Below are positions 57,759 through 64,000 of a DNA stretch of 64,000 nt, piece by piece. Below the pieces are notes generated by a model, which did no database searches, had not been told where the DNA came from, and was given only the letters and a program-made list of their open reading frames with translations. Source of the DNA: the human T2T-CHM13v2.0 reference genome, Homo sapiens; the NCBI RefSeq assembly GCF_009914755.1, contig NC_060948.1; one strand, 5' to 3'. The first letter of the stretch is position 1. Every line of letters starts with the position of its first letter. The translations under genes were made by a program, and so were the position numbers.

Positions 57759-59878
57759 AGATCCATATTTTTTAAATGAAAAAAAATTTCAAAGGTACTC
57801 TGCTTGGTACAATAATCAAATGTATAAACTGAGGAATAAAACATAACCATGAAACCTACTTATAACTGCATATGGAAAATACAGAGGATAATTTTTTAAA
57901 TAACATATTTTGAAAGCCTTAACTAGTAATTTGAAGAGTTGGCTTTTGAAAGGCCAGTATGAATATACCTTCAAAGCAGCAACACAGGTTCCCCATGAGA
58001 AAAAGCAAACTCAGGGAAAATAAAACCACAAAGGTTCAATCTCTTCTGACCTTTGAAAGACACAGCACAGACAGTGGTCCTTAGGACGAAGAGCAGGAGA
58101 CCCCTAATTCCGTCACCATGGCGATAGGGCATAAACATTGCTGGGTGAGGGCACAATCCACATTGAGAGGTCCAACTGCTGCCAGGAAGACAGGAGTGCT
58201 TTTACATAGACCGAAAGGTCATTGAAGGCTCAGAGTTTTGTTTCAAGAACTGAATCCCAAGCCCACACGTTATTAGGCTGCGCTTCTTAAAACAAGTTAT
58301 GAGATGGGAAAAAGGGCACCCACAAACATACGTATACGTTATGTATATAATAATATACAGTATCATATATATAATATATATAACCTATGTATAATATTGT
58401 TTTACATCCTGCATCTTATATTATATATATTGTATAAAATATAAAATTCATAATACATAACGTTTATATTTATACAATATGACATATAGTATATATTATA
58501 ATTTATGACATATATAATATATGTTATATATCATATATAGAATATATTATACGGTTAATATACGTATTAAATATAAATTATACATTATATATATTATATA
58601 AAATATATCTGTTATATATAATACCCTTTATGCATAATATATATATTATGTCTATGTTATATATAGTATAAAACAACATATAATAATATATAATTGTATA
58701 TATAAAATGCGACATATAATATATATTATATTTTATGACATATGTAATATATATTATATATTATATATAATACGTTGTATGTATAATACCTATATTAAAT
58801 ATATATTATATGACTATGTTATTAATTACATGTCATATGTTATATATTATATATTTTACATAGAATATACCGGTTACATACAATAGATACTATGTTACCT
58901 ATAATGTATAATTGATTACATGTAAAATAAAGAATGCAATATATTATGTATAATTTATAATATACAATGTGTGGAATGTGATATATATAACATATAATAT
59001 ATGATATATGATATACAGTATATGATATATAACATACAATATATGATACCTAATATATATGGTATACAATATGTATTTTATGATATGTATTCTATATGTT
59101 TTATAATCTGTTATATATAAATATTTGAAATTATATATATCTGTATATTTTATGTAAATATGTAATATAATATATATAACTATATAATATATTATATATA
59201 ACTATATATTATGTTATATAAACTTTTATAACATAATTTAAATAAAATGTCATAATATAATATATATTATATTATTTCACATTACATAATATATATTACA
59301 TATCACCCAATATAAGTAACATACATAATATTATAATATAGATTATATTATGTTATATTAAATATCATATATATCATGTATCATATATTCTATAATATAT
59401 ATTACACATTATATAATATGTATGTTGTCTATTATGTGATATATATAACTATATATAATTATATTATTATACATATAACTAGATACACATGTAATTCTAC
59501 ATATTTTCATTTATAATATATAGAATTATATAATCATATATAATTATTTATATTCTATAAAAAATTATATCTTTATATAAATTATAATATAAAAAAATTA
59601 TAATATGTACTACAAATATATATATTATATATCATATATGATATAGTACCTTTGTTATATATCATAATACATATAAATGTGTATTATGTTATCTATAATT
59701 ATATAATTTCATATATAAGATGTATAATATGTATTATATATTGTATATGTTATGTAATATATATAGTATATATAAGCTGACACAGGATAAATATTATATA
59801 CTATGACATATAAAATATATGAGGTTATATGTTACATATAAGGCATAGCACATAACATGTAATATATATCATATATAA

Positions 59879-60170
59879 TTTTTTTTTAGACGGAGTCTTG
59901 TCGTGCTGCACAGGGTGAAGTACAATGGCGCCATCTTTGCTCACTGCAACATCTGCCTCTCGGGTCCAAGCGATTGTCCTCCCTCAACCTCTCAGGTAGC
60001 TGGGAGTACACCACACTGGGACTACACCAGCTGCCACCATGCCTAGCTAATTTTTTGGATTTTTAGTAGTGACAGCGTTTCACTGTATTGGCCAGGATGG
60101 TCTTGATCTCTTCACCTTGTGATCCCCTTGCCTTGGCCTCCAAATTTGCTGGGATTACAGGCCTGAGCCA
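59879..60170 (-). mobile_element. Alu copy in U25
   Basis: Near-identical to 1846-2137. Confidence 0.95.
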
Positions 60171-62266
60171 AGATCCATATTTTTTAAATGAAAAAAAATT
60201 TCAAAGGTACTCTGCTTGGTACAATAATCAAATGTATAAACTGAGGAATAAAACATAACCATGAAACCTACTTATAACTGCATATGGAAAATACAGAGGA
60301 TAATTTTTTAAATAACATATTTTGAAAGCCTTAACTAGTAATTTGAAGAGTTGGCATTTGAAAGGCCAGTATGAATATACCTTCAAAGCAGCAACACAGG
60401 TTCCCCATGAGAAACAGCAAACTCAGGGAAAATAAAACCACAAAGGTTCAAGCTCTTCTGACCTTTGAAAGACACAGCACAGACAGTGGTCCTTAGGACG
60501 AAGAGCAGGAGACCCCTAATTCCGTCACCATGGCGATAGGGCATAAACATTGCTGGGTGAGGGCACAATCCACATTGTGAGGTCCAACTGCTGCCAGGAA
60601 GACAGGAGTGCTTTTACATAGACCGAAAAGTCATTGAAGGCTCAGAGTTTTGTTTCAAGAACTGAATCCCAAGCCCACACGTTATTAGGCTGCGCTTCTT
60701 AAAACAAGTTATGAGATGGGAAAAAGGGCACCCACAAACATACGTATACATTATGTATATAATAATATACAGTATCATATATATAATATATATAACCTAT
60801 GTATAATATTGTTTTACATCCTGCATCTTATATTATATATATTGTCTAAAATATAATAATTGATAATATATAAGTTTTATATTTATACAATATGACATAT
60901 AGTATATATTATAATTTATGACATATATAATATATGTTATATATCATATATAGAATATATTATACGGTTAATATACGTATTAAATATAAATTATGCATTA
61001 TATATATTATATATAATATATCTGTTATATATAATACCCATTATGCATAATATGTATATTATGTCTATGTTATATATAGTATAAAACAACATATAATAAT
61101 ATATAATTGTATATATAAAATGCGACATATAATATATATTATATTTTATGACATATGTAATATATATTATATATTATATATAATACGTTGTATGTATAAT
61201 ACCTATATTAAATATATATTATATGACTATGTTATTAATTACATGTCACATGTGTTATATATTATATAATTTACATAGAATATACCGGTTACATACAATA
61301 TATACTATGTTACCTATAATGTATAATTGATTACATGTAAAATAAAGAATGCAATATATTATGTATAATTTATAACATACAATATGTGGAATGTGATATA
61401 TATAACATATAATATATGATATATGATATACAGTATATGATATATAACATACAATATATGATACCTAGTATATATGGTATACAATATATATTTTATGATA
61501 TGTATTCTATATGTTTTATATTCTGTTATATATAACTATTTGAAATTATATATAACTGTATAATATTTTATGTAAATATGTAATATAATATATATAACTA
61601 TATAATATATTATATATAACTATATATTATGTTATATATACTTTTATATCATAATTTACATAAAATGTCATAATATAATATATATTATATTATTTCATAT
61701 TACATAATATGTATTACATATCACCCAATATAAGTAACATACATAATATTATAATATAGATTATATTATGTTATGTTAAATATCATATATATCATGTATC
61801 ATATATTCTATAATATATATTATACATTATATAATATGTATGTTGTCTATTATGTGATATATATAACTATATATTATTATATTATTATACATATAACTAG
61901 ATAAACATGTAATTCTACATATTTTCATTTATAATATATAGAATTATATAATCATATATAATTATTTATATTCTATAAAAAATTATATCATTATATAAAT
62001 TATAATATAAAAAAATTATAATATGTACTACAAATATATATATTATATATCATATATGATATAGTACCTTTGTTGTATATCATAACACATATAAATGTGT
62101 ATTATGTTATCTATAATTATATAATTTCATATATAAGATGTATAATATGTATTATATATTGTATATGTTATGTAATATATATAGTATATATAAGCTGACA
62201 CAGGATAAATATTATATACTATGACATATAAAATATATGAGGTTATATGTTACATATAAGGCATAG

Positions 62267-62587
<321 letters not shown>

Positions 62588-64000
62588 AGATCCATATTTT
62601 TTAAATGAAAAAAAATTTCAAAGGTACTCTGCTAGGTACAATAATCAAATGTATAAACTGAGGAATAAAACATAACCATGAAACCTACTTATAACTGCAT
62701 ATGGAAAATACAGAGGATAATTTTTTAAATAACATATTTTGAAAGCCTTAACTAGTAATTTGAAGAGTTGGCATTTGTAAGGCCAGTATGAATATACCTT
62801 CAAAGCAGCAACACAGGTTCCCCATGAGAAAAAGCAAACACAGGGAAAATAAAAACACAAAGGTTCAATCTCTTCTGACCTTTGAAAGACACAGCACAGA
62901 CAGTGGTCCTTAGGACGAAGAGCAGGAGACCCCTAATTCCGTCACCATGGCGATAGGGCATAAACATTGCTGGGTGAGGGCACAATCCACATTGTGAGGT
63001 CCAACTGCTGCCAGGAAGACAGGAGTGCTTTTACATAGACCGAAAGGTCATTGAAGGCTCAGAGTTTTGTTTCAAGAACTGAATCCCAAGCCCACACGTT
63101 ATTAGGCTGCGCTTCTTAAAACAAGTTATGAGATGGGAAAAAGGGCACCCACAAACATACGTATACATTATGTATATAATAATATACAGTATCATATATA
63201 AAATATGTATAACCTATGTATAATATTGTTTTACATCCTGCATCTTATATTATATATATTGTATAAAATATAATAATTGATAATATATAAGTTTTATATT
63301 TATACAATATGACATATAGTATATATTATACTTTATGACATATATAATATATGTTATATATCATATATAGAATATATTATACGGTTAATATACGTATTAA
63401 ATATAAATTATACATTATATATATTATATATAATATATCTGTTATATATAATACCCATTATGCATAATATATATATTATGTCTATGTTATACATAGTATA
63501 AAACAACATATAATAATATATAATTGTATATATAAAATGCGACATATAATATATATTATATTTTATAACATATGTAATATATATTATATATTATATATAA
63601 TACGTTGTATGTATAATACCTATATTAAATATATATTATATGACTATGTTATTAATTACATGTCACATGTGTTATATATTATATATTTTACATAGAATAT
63701 ACCGGTTACATACAATATATACTATGTTACCTATAATGTATAATTTATTACATGTAAAATAAAGAATGCAATATATTATGTATAATTTATAATATACAAT
63801 ATGTGGAATGTGATATATATAACATATAATATATGATATATGATATACAGTATATGATATATAACATACAATATATGATTCCTAATATATATGGTATACA
63901 ATATATATTTTATGATATGTATTCTATATGTTTTATATTCTGTTATATATAACTATTTGAAATTATATATAACTGTATAATATTTTATGTAAATATGTAA

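Overview
The whole 64 kb window is one head-to-tail tandem array of a ~2.42 kb composite unit: 26 complete copies of 2,411-2,422 bp plus a partial 27th. Unit starts, anchored on CTTCTGACCTTTGAAAG, are U1-U27 = 1, 2422, 4840, 7255, 9675, 12095, 14506, 16924, 19344, 21764, 24182, 26596, 29018, 31440, 33857, 36277, 38693, 41115, 43537, 45957, 48377, 50797, 53208, 55623, 58043, 60455, 62872. Each unit has a ~1.55 kb extremely AT-rich block, a diverged ~292 bp minus-strand Alu, and a ~575 bp moderate-GC segment (the HSATI part). This architecture, together with a predicted ~2.14 kb HaeIII fragment per unit, matches the human DYZ2/HSat1B satellite, most likely Yq12 heterochromatin. I find no credible gene, RNA gene, CRISPR array or new molecular system; the ORFs are repeat artefacts. 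The interesting signal is array evolution, read by eye from shared variants: two monomer lineages (A and B), local dimeric higher-order repeats, a very recent triplication, and a five-unit A-type block that interrupts a B-type dimer array in register.
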